Assembly (NCBI RefSeq): GCF_001194135.2
Contig: NC_068985.1
Location: 43,992,878 to 44,056,877, forward strand
DNA: 64,000 bases
Direction: 5' to 3'
From: Octopus bimaculoides
Taxonomy: Eukaryota
The notes under the pieces were generated by a model. It had not been told where the DNA came from and ran no database searches. It worked only from the letters and a program-made list of their open reading frames with translations. The translations under genes and the position numbers were made by a program. Shown here piece after piece: positions 24,881 to 38,313 of the stretch (position 1 is its first letter; each line of letters begins with the position of its first letter).

Positions 24881-27800
24881 TGAGCCATAAAACCATCAAC
24901 AGACAAAGCAACACTAAATTATTTCTTTAAACAGATAGCAAGAGATAACGCTTAAGAGGAAAGCAGAATAGAATAGGGTTGAGATTCTGTTCCCTCTAAC
25001 ATCAATCACTTTATAACATGTACCAACTACTTTACAATGTGTGTTTGAATATGTATATATTTATAGGTGTATAGATGTATATATTTATAGGTGCAGCATG
25101 GCTGAATGGTTAAAAAGTTTGCTTTGCAATCAAGAGGTTTCAAGTTCGATCCCACTGCATGGCATTTTGGGCAAATGTCTTTTACCATATCTTTGGGCTG
25201 ATCCAAGCCTTGTAAGTGAAACTGGGCAAATGGAAACTATAAAGGCATGTGGATTGTATCTGTAATACAGAGCTCTACTACTTGCCCCCCATTATGTCAT
25301 GTAAATTCTGCTTGAGCATTGTGATAAAGGTATACATATCTAAGGTATACTCAGCCATTTACTTATTCAAGTAGTTTATTTTATTGAATGACTGAAAACT
25401 CATTACACATTGTTAAGAATAATGAAGATCTGTTCACATTGTGCACCTATATATTTATGTGTATGTGCTTATACATGCACATACATACACTTGAACACAC
25501 ACATTAATATATGCATGCATATACATAAATACACACAGGTATAAACATGCACACACACACATATAAAAAAAATACATAGTACATACATACAGGCATAAAT
25601 ATATATTTATATATATAAAAGAGAAATTGTACAGAATGTATAAATAGATATATATATATATATATAAAGAGAGAGAGAGAGAGTGACACACACATAAATG
25701 TACATGCACACACACATTCACAATTGCACATGTATACACACACACATGCACAAATGCACACATACATACATACATACATGTACACATAAACTCACACAAA
25801 CATATATGCATGTTTGTGTAATTGGTTTTACACCTTAAATGAAGAATACTAAAAACATCTGTTTACATTTTCAGACTTTATTGCCTAGAACTGATAAACA
25901 ATATGATGCTCTTTAAAGTGAAATTCATTCTTACTCTCTCCCTGTCCTTCTCTCAATCTCTCTCGTTAACTCTTTCTCACTCATTCTCTCTTTCATATTT
26001 GCTTTCTCTCATTCTTCACCCTCTGTAATTCTTTCTATATTTCTACTCTTATTCTCTCTCTATCTTTTAAAAATTTTCTCTCCTGATTCCAGTTTTTTTT
26101 TCTCTTTCTAACCTTAAATATCTTTTCTGCTTTCTTCATACCATTCCTTCAGTTATTAGCTCTCCTTTTTTATATGCCATTATAATTTGACCGTGAAGAA
26201 TGCCAGACTGTGGAACAACTCATTAAATGTAAAGCCAACCTCACACACCTTTCTTAAAGAATGGTAAAACAATTTGGATACACTCTGCCTATATTCCACC
26301 CTCCTTTGCCCTCCTCCCTCTCCAAGAAAAACAAAATTATCCTTAAAAATGAAAGCATTAACAAATGGTAATTCCATGTTAACTTCAAAATATGGTGTAG
26401 AATATCGTTTTGATGTCTTTCCTTCATAATAGCGGTAGGGTGGGGGCAGGTGAATGGTTTGTGGGATAAGTATTTTGGATTGATGGCTTGTGAGTTCAAA
26501 TTCATTGAGATGTTTTGTTAATCCCAGGTCATCCTCGATTGGGCAGTTTTCATCAAAAATATTCCATCTATGACCATCCTGTCATTTTGTGCATCAGGAA
26601 TTTCATTGTTCAATGTCCTTTATTTAAGACAGAAGAGTATGTTTTGAGGGAGATTTGGCTGCTATATCTAGCGGGTTGGGTGACCACATGACCACATAGA
26701 GGCTTCCTCATTGACATGTTTGCTTCAAAGGTTTCATGTTTCTAATTGAGATATTTAATTCTAAATTGGTTCCATACATAGAGCTATAAATTGATAATAT
26801 CAAGGCTCTTTTATAAGGGAATGAGAGTTTATATGTGAGACCTGATTGTCTTAGCAGCAATTGAAACACTCATCCTTTATGGAGGTGAACATTAGATCAT
26901 TACTAGAGCCTCTGGTCAGTCCTTGATGGCTGCTACACTCAGATACCATAAATGGCATTTACTGTCAATTCGACTCCATGGCAACATTCTACTCAACATG
27001 AACAACAAGATAACTAGAAGATGGCTGTAACTTGTCACTGGGCACTGTCTGAGACTTCTGACAAGGAGTAGCTTCACTGAGAAGTTAGCTTATAAAGAAA
27101 AATCTCCACCATACCCCAAACCTGTAGAGTGTTAGAAAGAGACATATTCTTTATTCAATCTAAATGCTCTCTGCAAATATAGCTAATAAATTCCTGTCCC
27201 TAATTAATCAGCATTTCCAAACACCTGTAGGTACCACAAATTTTTAATGGCCATAATGTCCAGATCAGCTACTCATGACTAGATAGTGTCACTTCCATCA
27301 TTGCATGCTACAGCAGGAAAAAACATACCTACACAAACTCCATCCATACCTCAGTTTGTAAATTCTGAAATTCCAACTAAGTGTTCACTAGAGATACTCT
27401 ATTTCTCAAAGGCTGCAGTCTGTTGGCTAGCCTAATGCCATCCAATGGTATCACAAGAAACTATATAGGCCTAATAGCCAATGATTTTGAGGGAAGTTTC
27501 GTATAACATAGACATCCCTCCACCTCCCTGTTCAATTTCATTTGGAGATTCTAGAACCAAGCAAAGGATTTTCCCAACATCACTTAGGGCATTCTTCATA
27601 GGGCTCCTCATATTCTCATACTGCTTGAAACTGTCAATTCTGCCTCCATGAGAAGCTGTATATACTACAACAGCCTATAGTATCCATCAACAAGAAAATT
27701 GATTTATCATTTTGTTGCCATCAAAATAAATATCTTGAACTTAAAGTATGGGTATGCTAATACTTCAGAAAGATCACCATAACCCTAGTTGCTCTATATG

Positions 27801-28354
27801 TAATTTCAGAATAAGCAATCCCTGTTTTCCCATGGTGAGATTATTCCTTATGTGGCTGACCAGTGCAAACACCCAGCTACAAATACATCCAAAAAAACAA
27901 AACAAAAAAACAAAACAAAGAGGTAAACAGTTACATACATCACACTACCCACATCAGGATTATGTTTCCATGTGATGTTACAAACACATTGATAAGTAAT
28001 CTGACACCACAAGATTGGTTACCTGGGCATTGCTGCTGTTGTGCTATAATCAATCCCATTATTACTGTTTACCTTCCTCTACACTCTTGTCATCATTTTT
28101 ATGCCACTAATTCATTCTCACTCTTGAATGTGAGCAGCCATGTAACTCTTCCACCATGTGAATTTGCTCTCTCATTCTCATTCTCTCTCTCCCGAATGTG
28201 AGTAGCTGTGTAGCTCTTCTACAATAAGAACTTGCTCTACCCTAATCTCTTCTCTTATAGCTTAAATCCCATCTAACATAAGGATGCACTCATATCCTTC
28301 CTCAAATTTTGTAGACTTGCAAGTGATATGAAAACCTCAATAATGCTAGTGGCA

Positions 28355-28512
28355 TGAAAAAATACCTAGTACACAGTGTAAAGTGGTTGGTGTCATGAAG
28401 GACATCCAACTGTAGGTACCATTACAAAGCAGACACAGGAGCACTATGCACTGGATCCATGTCAAACTGTCCAACCCATGCCAGCATGGAATATGGACAT
28501 TAAATGATGATG
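28355..28512 (+). mobile_element. RTE-X 3'-UTR-derived element
   Basis: aaactgtccaacccatgccagcatggaatatggacattaaatgatgatg. Confidence 0.75.
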
Positions 28513-29861
28513 TCGGTGATGTTGCTGGTATCAGTTGAATATAACTGTTGTTGTTCAGCTCCAATATCAGTTCTGACTGAGAGACATAAGACATTCCTTT
28601 CCATAACCATCCTGTCTTTTGTTTTTGTTAAGGTATATGTAGGAGTAAATGTTGTGTCTAAGTTAAGTCAATATGAAAAGAATTTGAGAATTTGAATTTC
28701 CCTGATCAGCTTTTTCATTTCTACTTTGAATCTCTTTTGAAACTCCTAATATTTCTAAACCCCACTCCCACCTTTTTTCTGTCTCTCTGCCCCATACCTT
28801 AGGGTTCAAATGTTAATCTTCTATGGGATAAAGAAAAAAAAATGCTTCAATTTAATTCATTTTTCAGATGTTGAAAAATATGTTGTTACTATCAAATGAT
28901 GGAAATGAGTGGTTTGTACTATTTTTGATGAATTAATTTATTTAATGGCTTTCTAAAAGCAAGATAAAAATTATTCTGTAAAGATATGGTAGCTAATATT
29001 CCATGGTTCCAAGATGGTATCTAATAAAGTCAAAAGACACCTTAGATTAATTTTATTTTCCCAACCAAATGTTTTTATATCTTTATTTTTACACAATTAT
29101 ATGAATTTTTCCTTTTTTTTTTTTTTTGGCTCTTTTATATTTTAATATCGGAAATATTACATTTAAAATTGAGACTAGAATATTAAGAGTTTGATGTTAG
29201 CTTTGGTTTCTATGGTGATATATTTTAATATGGCAATAAAGCTGAAACAATTGAAACAATGTTTATTTATGAATATTTGTCTTTCGATATTGTTGTCGAT
29301 ATTCTTCTAAATCAGAAAATAATCATAAAAGAGCCCCCCCCCCAAAAAAAACAAGACAAAAATCCATACAGCCAAAAGTTAAAATTCCGGATTCTGTGAT
29401 TTTAAAGAAGTTTGAAGATGAATTATTTTAAGGATAAGATATTAGTAGGCTACTGTTTGTACAATTTCCAGAAAGTATGATACCTTTATTTCACCACAGG
29501 TGAGTCTACCATTCAAATAGTCCATGGTGGGATTTGAATTCAAAATACAGAGCCAAAACAAATACTACAAGGCATTCTGTTTGACATTATAATGGTTCTG
29601 ACAATTCCTCACCTTAATCTGGTACTTTTATTTATTGATGCTGGAAAAATGAAAGGCAGAATTGATTTGGGCAGGATTGAAATAAAAATGCAAGATGCTT
29701 GAATAAACATAACAAGATATCTCATCTGATGCTTTGATGATTCTGTCAAAACACCATCAATTTTTTTTTACATGAAGCTGAATACTATGGCATAGGAATT
29801 AGTCTGTTGTGAAATACTATCATGTTGGTATTTCACTATCATATGGATCAAATCTGACAAT

Positions 29862-30305
29862 AGGTACAGGTGTGGCTGTGTGGTAAGAAGTTTGCTTCCC
29901 AGCCACATGTTTCTTAGTTCAGTCCCACCGTGTGGCACCTTGGGCAAGTATCTTCTATAGCCTCAAGCCAACCAAAGCCTTGTGAGTTGATCTGAGAAAT
30001 GGAAACTGAAATAAGTCTGTTATGTGTGTGTATGTGTGTGTGTGTGTGTGTGTGCGTGCATGTGCATGTGCGTGCATGCATGTGTGTGTTTGTGTCTGTT
30101 TGCCTACAAACCTACACCACTTGAAAACTGATGTTGGTGTGTTTATGTCCTCGTAACTTACCTTTCCAGCAAATGAGACTGGTAGAATAAGTATCTGGCT
30201 TAAAAAGAATAAGTGCTGGGGTCAATTTGTTTGACTAAAATTCTTCAAAGCAGTGCCCCAGCATGGCCACAATCTAATGACTGAAACAAGTAAAAGGTAA
30301 AAGGT
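29862..30305 (+). mobile_element. SINE family A, near full length
   Basis: ggtgtggctgtgtggtaagaagtttgc...gactgaaacaagtaaaaggtaaaagg. Confidence 0.9.
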
Positions 30306-31061
30306 AATATATTTTACTACAGCTGAGAATACTGAAGTATGGAGATTAGATGATGCACTACTAAACACCACATGTTCATGTGGTATTTCATACATGTGAA
30401 ATCTATGAATAGAAGTAGCTTGATGTGCTTAGACTATTTCAACTGTGGTAGTTGTAGCTTTTTGCTATCTGTTTGTCCAAAGATGAAGGATAGTGCTTTA
30501 GATGTAATTAACAGTCAGTTTGAATGGTAGAATGGAAATCAGGGACAAAGAAGTTCCAAACAGAGAGAAAGAGATGCACATATGGATAGATTTGGTAAAG
30601 TACTTAGTTGTGAGTTTTGAAGACCAAGACACATTAAGTTAATAGGAGGAGACATGGATAGGACCAGTAGGTTCAGGTGAGAGTGCAGTACATTTTTCAA
30701 GTTCAAAACAGCAGGGACTGCATTATTAGCAGTAAAAGAGACAGTGAGAAGACAGAGTTTAATAGCTGGATAATAGTTTGTATGTTTTGGTTAATGAAAA
30801 TGTTGACTATCAAGTTCACTGTAATATGTTTTGAGAAGACAGAATATCGGTAATTGACTAAGTTTCTATTAACTAAATATATAATGAATTGGGATTAGTT
30901 TTATCAACTCCATCTCTCAGTGATATAACAGATGAATAAGCTACTATGTCGTTATGAAGGAGAGAATAAGTTATGTTTGTGTTAATTTAACTATGATTAT
31001 CTTTGGTAAATTTGTAAAGCTATTTAGTTTTCTGTGTAATAATTATGTAATATATCTTTTT

Positions 31062-31327
31062 TTATCTTTTACTTGTTTCAGTCATCTGACTGTGGCCATG
31101 CTGGAGCGCTGGCTTGAAGGGTTTTAGTCGAACAAATCAACCGCAGGACTTATTTTTTTAAAGCTTAGTACTTATTCTATTGGCTCTTTTGTTGAACTGC
31201 TAAGTTATAAGGATGTAAACACACCAACACCGGTTGTGAAGCAGTAGTAAGGGATGAACATGGACACAAAGACACCAGGCTGGGTGACAGGTATACATAA
31301 CCAAGGGAGAAGCAGAAAAACACATAG

Positions 31328-31368
<41 letters not shown>

Positions 31369-31530
31369 CGGGCTTCTTTCAGTTTCTGTCTACTAAATCC
31401 ACTCACAAGGCTTTGGTCAGTGTGAGGCTATAGTAGAAGACACTTGCCCAAGGTGCCATTCAGAAGGACTGAACCTGGAACCATGTACTTGGGAAGCAAG
31501 CTTCTTACAACACAGTCATGCCTGCAGCTA
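31062..31530 (-). mobile_element. SINE family A, near full length
   Basis: Reverse-complement match to 54901-55308, with an internal (TA)n. Confidence 0.9.
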
Positions 31531-32694
31531 TTGTTTAGTTTTATATATAATCACTCTGCAATATTGCTTCATGTTGGAGTGTTTGACAAATTCTGGAATT
31601 ATGTTATGTGATAAGTGACATATCTCATAAGGTCAGAGGATGAATGGGGTTCAGCTAGTGGCCAGGAAGCTGATTGGTTGAGAATAAAGTTCTAGAAGTT
31701 ATAGTTACAAAGTCACATGTCTGTTAAGAAGATTCTAGATTAATACACGAGAATGTAAGGAGGATGTAGTCTCCGTGTGGGGGAAAGCAATATGCAGAAG
31801 TCAGTCAGTGTGAAACTAATTAACACAGAACAACATTCCATGAGATGTATATTTTGATTACACCTTGCTGTGCATGACTCTTCTTCTCTGGACAAGTTGG
31901 CTTGCTGCACTGGTCTGCAGTTTCCATACTGCTAACTTTTGCTGTTGGAGCCATGTTGGTACAGAAAAGAGGCTGCATTTTGCAACAATTTTTCTCCAGA
32001 GGCTAAATGTCAAAGAGGGCAAGTTATTGAACCATATACTTTTGGAGTTTAATTCCAGTGCTGACATTCTGTTATATTCCCGAGCGAGAGACATTACTAT
32101 ATCTGCTTAATCGTAATCTAGCAATGAGATGTAGGTACCTGGACATCTGGGACTGTTGTGTATGATAAACTGCTGTCTTATTTAGGGTGAAGTTTATCTT
32201 GCTTTCATGAAGGTGCATGGCTTAGTGGTCAGGATGTTTCACTAATGATCACAAAATTGTGGTTTTGGTTCCTGGACTGGATGATGTGTTGCATTCTTGA
32301 GCAAAATACTTCATTTCATGTTACTCTAATCCACTCAGCTGGTTAAAAAGGTAATCTTGTAGTGGACTGGCATCCCATCTGGGGTGGGGGGATATGTATG
32401 CCACAGAATCTGGGAAAATTGCCTTATGAGTCAATGACTTGAGAGATACCTTTGATCTCAATTTGCCTCTGCTTCACATCATGTAAACAAAACCAAAAGA
32501 CAAGTGCAATCTTCATAATAGATATGGCATTAAATTCTTGGACTGTGTCATTGGAATAAATCTACAAATGATCAGTTCTTTGGACAGACAAAATACTTTG
32601 TGGGATTTGCAAAAAACTAAATTGCTACTTTTCTATTGATGGAGGTTACCATTCTGTGTCTGTTGCAATGTTTTTATCAAGAGATGTATGATAG

Positions 32695-32906
32695 CATGCT
32701 GAAAAGTTCCTGGCTTTGGGTAAAAGAAAATACCGGAGGATCAGTTAATTATGATTTTTTTTTTAACATATTCCCTCTCTGATTCACACACCTATTGCAG
32801 AGGTCCTTCAGTTTTTCTACGTCCTGTAAAAGAACTCAGAAGATTGGGCCTCAAACCAGGCCTTTTATGATACCCTTAAAGCCAGGAACTTTTCAGCACC
32901 CCCTCG
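32695..32906 (-). mobile_element. Mariner-derived MITE, second copy
   Basis: GCTGAAAAGTTCCTGGC...GCCAGGAACTTTTCAGCACCCCCTCG-TA; inverted copy of 21272-21485. Confidence 0.85.
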
Positions 32907-34896
32907 TATATATGGAATTTGATTCCTCTGTGAGATAGAAGTGACTATGGTCTACCGTACTACAAATATAATACATAGTATCTATGACTAAACATTATGT
33001 TTCTAGGTGTTGCCTCAGTTGCTTGCTTGGTTACCATTTTCTATTGATTTTTTCCAACAACTCTGGGTCATGTCAAGCTACATATTGTTGGTTGGTCAGC
33101 TGATCAGCTGGTCGGCATGAATGTTCCAGGATGATGGCATGGGTGGTGATAATTATACAAAAGTATTGATGAATGACTATGATAGTCTAAGTGAGGTGGA
33201 AGGAGAATACCCATCTGTGTGACAGGAAGAGTTAAGACAAATTTACACATGTACACACACGCATACACATGTGCACAGACACACATGCACGTGCACACAC
33301 ACACATGTGCACACACACAGAGAAAAGCAAATGAAAAAGACATGAAAAGAAAGAGGAAAATGGAAATAAGTGTTAGTATCTATGAAAGTATAGGTGGTGA
33401 GAGAGAGAGAAAGAAAGAGAGAGAGGGGAGAAATAGCTAGACAGATAGCTAACCAGAACGTGAGATAAATAGGGAGAGAAAGAGAGAGATAAATAGAGAA
33501 AGCGGGAGAAGAAGGGAGAGGCAGGTTGCTTTAGGTATAGATTAAAAGATGAAGAGTGAAAGACAGAAATAGGAAGGAGAGGGTTAGAAAGGTAATTTGT
33601 GTGTAGAGAGAGGGAAAGGTGATGACAGTGAGAATGAGAGACAAAGTAAATAAAGGATAGAGATTGGAAAAGAAGCTTCTAGAAAATAGCAAAACCTGAA
33701 ATCATTGAGAAGTGGGAAGAAATGAAATGGTGCAAAATATCAGAAGGAATAAGAATGGAATGAGGTGGAAAAGAACTGCTACAATAATACAAGTGAAAGG
33801 TAAAAGTAAGATGCTGCTGTGTTGGCACTGTGTTACCAAAGGAGGGTCATGTGTGGTCAAATTATATCTACATAGGTGGAAAGAACAATGTTTGGTTTAA
33901 TATATACCTGTGTAATAATAATAATGAAAAAACAAACTAAACTTAATCAAATATCCATACCAGTGGACAGTCAAAATATGTATTTGTGTAATCTAAAACA
34001 GCCAATTTATGAAATAAATTATTATCAGTTTAATGTCCACAGCATGGATCATACAGAATTTGTTGAGGCAAATTTTCTGCAGTTGGATGCCCTTCTCGTC
34101 AGTAAACCTCATCTGTTTCCAAGCAAGGTAATATTTCTTCATGGCTGGACGTTTTCACAGAAAACTGCAAACAAAGGACACAACTTGTATGAGTGAATTT
34201 TGTTTATAACTATCACATAAGGTGAAGACAAGGACACTCGCACACACATAGAGTTTCCATCTACCAAGTCCACTTACAAGGCTATTTGTGGGCCAGGGGC
34301 AATAGTAGAAGACACTTATCCAAGGCGACATGTAGTGGAACCGAACCTGAGACCATGTGGTTGGGAAGTGATCTTCTTACCCATGCAGCTATGCCTGTGC
34401 CTGTCTGTTTTCTCCAAAACAAACCAGCCTGTATCTTTCTCCCATGTGTGCCAGTGTAATTCTATCTCAATGTATCCCACATTTCTGAACTCAGTAAATA
34501 TGATCTAATAAAGAGAACCTGGAGCAATGTGGCTGAGAAGCGCTATCTTTGCTGGCATTTCAGTTTGTTTAACCACAGTTAATCATCAGTTCCCTAATTC
34601 CTGCAAACGGGTAGAGTCATTAAGAATGCTGGTTAGAATGTTCCATGGATTTTTCCCCAATAGTCTGTTCTCAGTTCAAATCCTGCTGATGCCAGCTTTG
34701 CCTTTTAACATTCCGGGGTTAGTAAAAAAAAGAGTGCCAATCCAGATCAGCGGATTTGTAGAACTTGTTAGAGGGTTGGGAGAAATGATTTGTGTTTGGT
34801 CTTTGATAGCCTGAGTGACATCTTGAAACATGTTTTGATCATATTGTGCCTATTTGGTAAAGTAGAGCTTTATCAATATTTACAAGATTTAAGCAT

Positions 34897-35018
<122 letters not shown>

Positions 35019-35339
35019 ATAATGTGATAACTTAAAAGAATCACTGTAGAGTGGGCTGGGGTATAGTCAAGGAAGCCTACAGCATGTAAAATAGATAGCA
35101 AAGTGAGAACGAAAATACTTTAGTCACACCAATCAGTATTTATTTATTCTATAAAAATCTATATATCTTTTGGCCATCTTAGATTTGGCTATACTGATAA
35201 GACTATATTTGGCTGTGATGGATCAAATAAAACTACAGGGAAAAGTGGGTAGTAGTAGTAGTAGTCTGCATCTGTAACTGCTTAGTTGTGAAGTGACTGG
35301 ATTTCACAAGTGTTGAGTTATATACTGACAAGTCACTGT

Positions 35340-35600
35340 TGTCTACATTTAACATTTGCTTTTCATGCTGACATGGGTTGGACAGTTTGATAGAAACTTG
35401 CAAGGCTAGGAGCCATACAAGGTTTCATAGTCTGCTTTGGCTTGGTTTCTACGGCTGGATGCCCTTCCTAATGCCAATCACTCTACAGAGTGTACCAGGT
35501 GCTTTTTATGTGGCACTATCACCAGTGCGTTTTACGTGGCACCAGCACCCACACCAATGCTTTTGCATGGCACATTGGTTTTAGGATCTCAATTCTGTTG
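35340..35600 (-). mobile_element. RTE-X 3'-UTR-derived element
   Basis: catgctgacatgggttggacagtttg...ggctggatgcccttcctaatgccaatcactctacagag. Confidence 0.8.
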
Positions 35601-36129
35601 CGAGGCATTTCCTTGAGTCTCTGGGATAAAATACTCTCCTGTATTTTCTTCCAGTTCACCCAAATGTTGGAAGAGAGACAGGGTAGTGCCTATGATCTTT
35701 CTAGGGTATTCAGGGCTGATGTTGCTGGAGTCAATTTTGAACATACATGATAGAGGTTGTGTTTAGCTGCAGAAAAAAAAACCTTGGATAGGGAAGGAAT
35801 TTCAGGAGTTAGAAATGTTTTAGTGCAGGGACTGGAAGTTGAGACACAGAATGGGTGATTGTTCTGTGTTCTTCAAAACCACATAGCCAAGGAGGAAAGA
35901 ACAGTACCCATAACCCCTCTTTCTTTTTTTTTCTTTTTGTTTGGTTGTGCTTCCAAGACTAGTTGAATGAAGGTTTATCCTCAAACCAAAGACCTAGATA
36001 ATTACAACAGAGTGAACTCTACTAAATGCACTCAAATAGTGTTGTTAAACCATGCCACTGATTAAGTTTAACATCAAAGAACATAGAATGCAAATTACCT
36101 GTTTCACTTGTTTTACCTAGACTATCAAA

Positions 36130-36330
36130 TGTTGTTATACCTTTCTGGTCACAATGAGCTTCCAGTTCTTTCTTGATTTGTACTCTTCTTTTCCATCTTG
36201 GCTCAAATTATTTTACTAAATCTTCTTTCTGTGGAGGCCTTCCAAGTGGTTTTTTCCAATCTCACGGATACCACTCAGAGAATGCAAACAGCCAGAACAA
36301 ATAGCTCAAAACATCTCATCTGAGACTCTG
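36130..36330 (-). mobile_element. RTE LINE C-terminal remnant
   Basis: Minus frame contains EWYP*DWKKPLGRPP, an RTE-type W.P...KR..GRPP motif. Confidence 0.55.
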
Positions 36331-36739
36331 ACCCTTCCATCAATCCAATTCCCTGGTCTCATATGGCACCTTATTTTATTGACCCAGTAATGATGAAAGA
36401 CAAAGTGATCCTTCATGAAATTTGAACTCAGAGTACACAGAACAAGCAACAAACAGCACCAGGTATTTCATCCTGTGCTCTAAACATTCTGCCAAAGTCA
36501 TTGATGAGAGGTGAGCTATATTTTGTATAGATATACAGATATATATACGTGTGTGGTATATAGAACTTTCTTTCAAATGTTTGCCAATTTTTTGATAGAA
36601 TGGACTGACCCAGCTAACAGACGTGTTTTGAATGCTGGAATAGATTTTTGTACAAATTGTTTTGTCTCACTGATGGAGTTGTTAATTCAACCGAGACATC
36701 TTGATGTCTGAGCAACCAGTCATGTATATATATATTCTT

Positions 36740-36777
<38 letters not shown>

Positions 36778-37813
36778 NNNNNNNNNNNNNNNNNNNNNNN
36801 NNNNNNNNNNNNNNNNNNNNNNNNNNNATATATATGAAGTATACATATACACACATGCACTTTATATATATGTATGTATATACTTTATATTTATTTGTAT
36901 ACTTTTATAAAGGGTCATATACTTAAGTGTTGCTAAATATACAAGTTCTGATCAAGTTAGTACTTCGGTGGTGGTATAACACATGCTTATTATCCTGTAT
37001 ATATGTGTGTGTGTGTGTGTAAATGATCATTAATCTTTATATCAATAATATGGCAGACACATTAACATCTTTCTCACCATCACCATCACTGTATTTAATG
37101 TCTTACCCACCTTCAGCAGAAATATCTTGTACAAAGCAACTAATACAAACATTAAATAGGCGTGGTGAGGGCTTCATCAACATCTGGGTTGAGTAAAATA
37201 AATAACTGCCTTGTTAAATGTTTGTCAATGTGTTTATATCTATATCAATATCTATGTATCTGTCTAACACTTAAATACATGTATATATAATCCCTGAGTA
37301 GCAATTCCTACAGGCTCAACTTTGAATATATCTTATTCCATTCTACCAAATGGGATCAAGTATTTTTCTTATTCAATTGCATTTCATCCACTCGTGAAAC
37401 TAGCATCCACTCTGTGTGTGTATTTTTTATCTTTTACTTGCTTTAGTCATTTGACTGCAGCCATGCTGGGACACTGTCTTAAAGGGTTTTAGTCAAAGAA
37501 ACCAACCCCCGGAGTTATTCTTTTTAAGCCTAGTACTTATTCTATCAGTATCTTTTGCCAAACCACTAAGTTATGGTGATGTAAACACACTAGCACCAGT
37601 TGTCAAATGATGGTAGCGGGATAAAGCATACATATGTTATCTATGCTGGCATGGGTTGGATGATTTGACCAGGGCTGGCAAGCTGAAAGGCTGCACCAGA
37701 CTCCAGTCTGTTTTTGGCAAGGTTTCTACTGCTGGATGCCCTTCATAATGCCAACAACTCCAAGAATGTAATGGGTGCTTTTACGTGCCATGGGCATGGG
37801 TGCCAATTACCTG

Positions 37814-37850
<37 letters not shown>

Positions 37851-38085
37851 AATACATACACACACATGTATACACACACACACACATATATACATACACA
37901 TCTATGTGTTTATGTATGTGTGTATTTTATCTTTTAGTCAAGAAGGAAGGCAATGGACATGATAGTTTGCAGAACTTCTTACAATGATGGAAGAGGGCCA
38001 AAAGTACCCTCTGATTAGAAACCTGGCCCAAATGTTTCAACAGAGTGGCCTCCTTCAAAGGAATCCAGTATGCCACAGTGTGACA

Positions 38086-38313
38086 TTAACCCTTTAGCAT
38101 TCAAACCAGCCATATCTGGCCAACATATTCTCCTTGTTTTATGTTCAAACCATCCAAATCCATCCTCTCACACCTTTTCTACAGTGTTATTCTAAGAATT
38201 AACAATCACATCATTGAAACCTTGAAGCTATGAGTCAATACATGATTAATTCAAAACAATATGAATAAATAAACATAAGATTTGACAAAGAAATCTGAAT
38301 GCTAAAGGGTTAA
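38086..38313. mobile_element. piggyBac-like MITE, best copy
   Basis: TTAA-CCCTTTAGCATTC...GAATGCTAAAGGG-TTAA; perfect 13-bp TIR and TTAA duplication. Confidence 0.9.
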
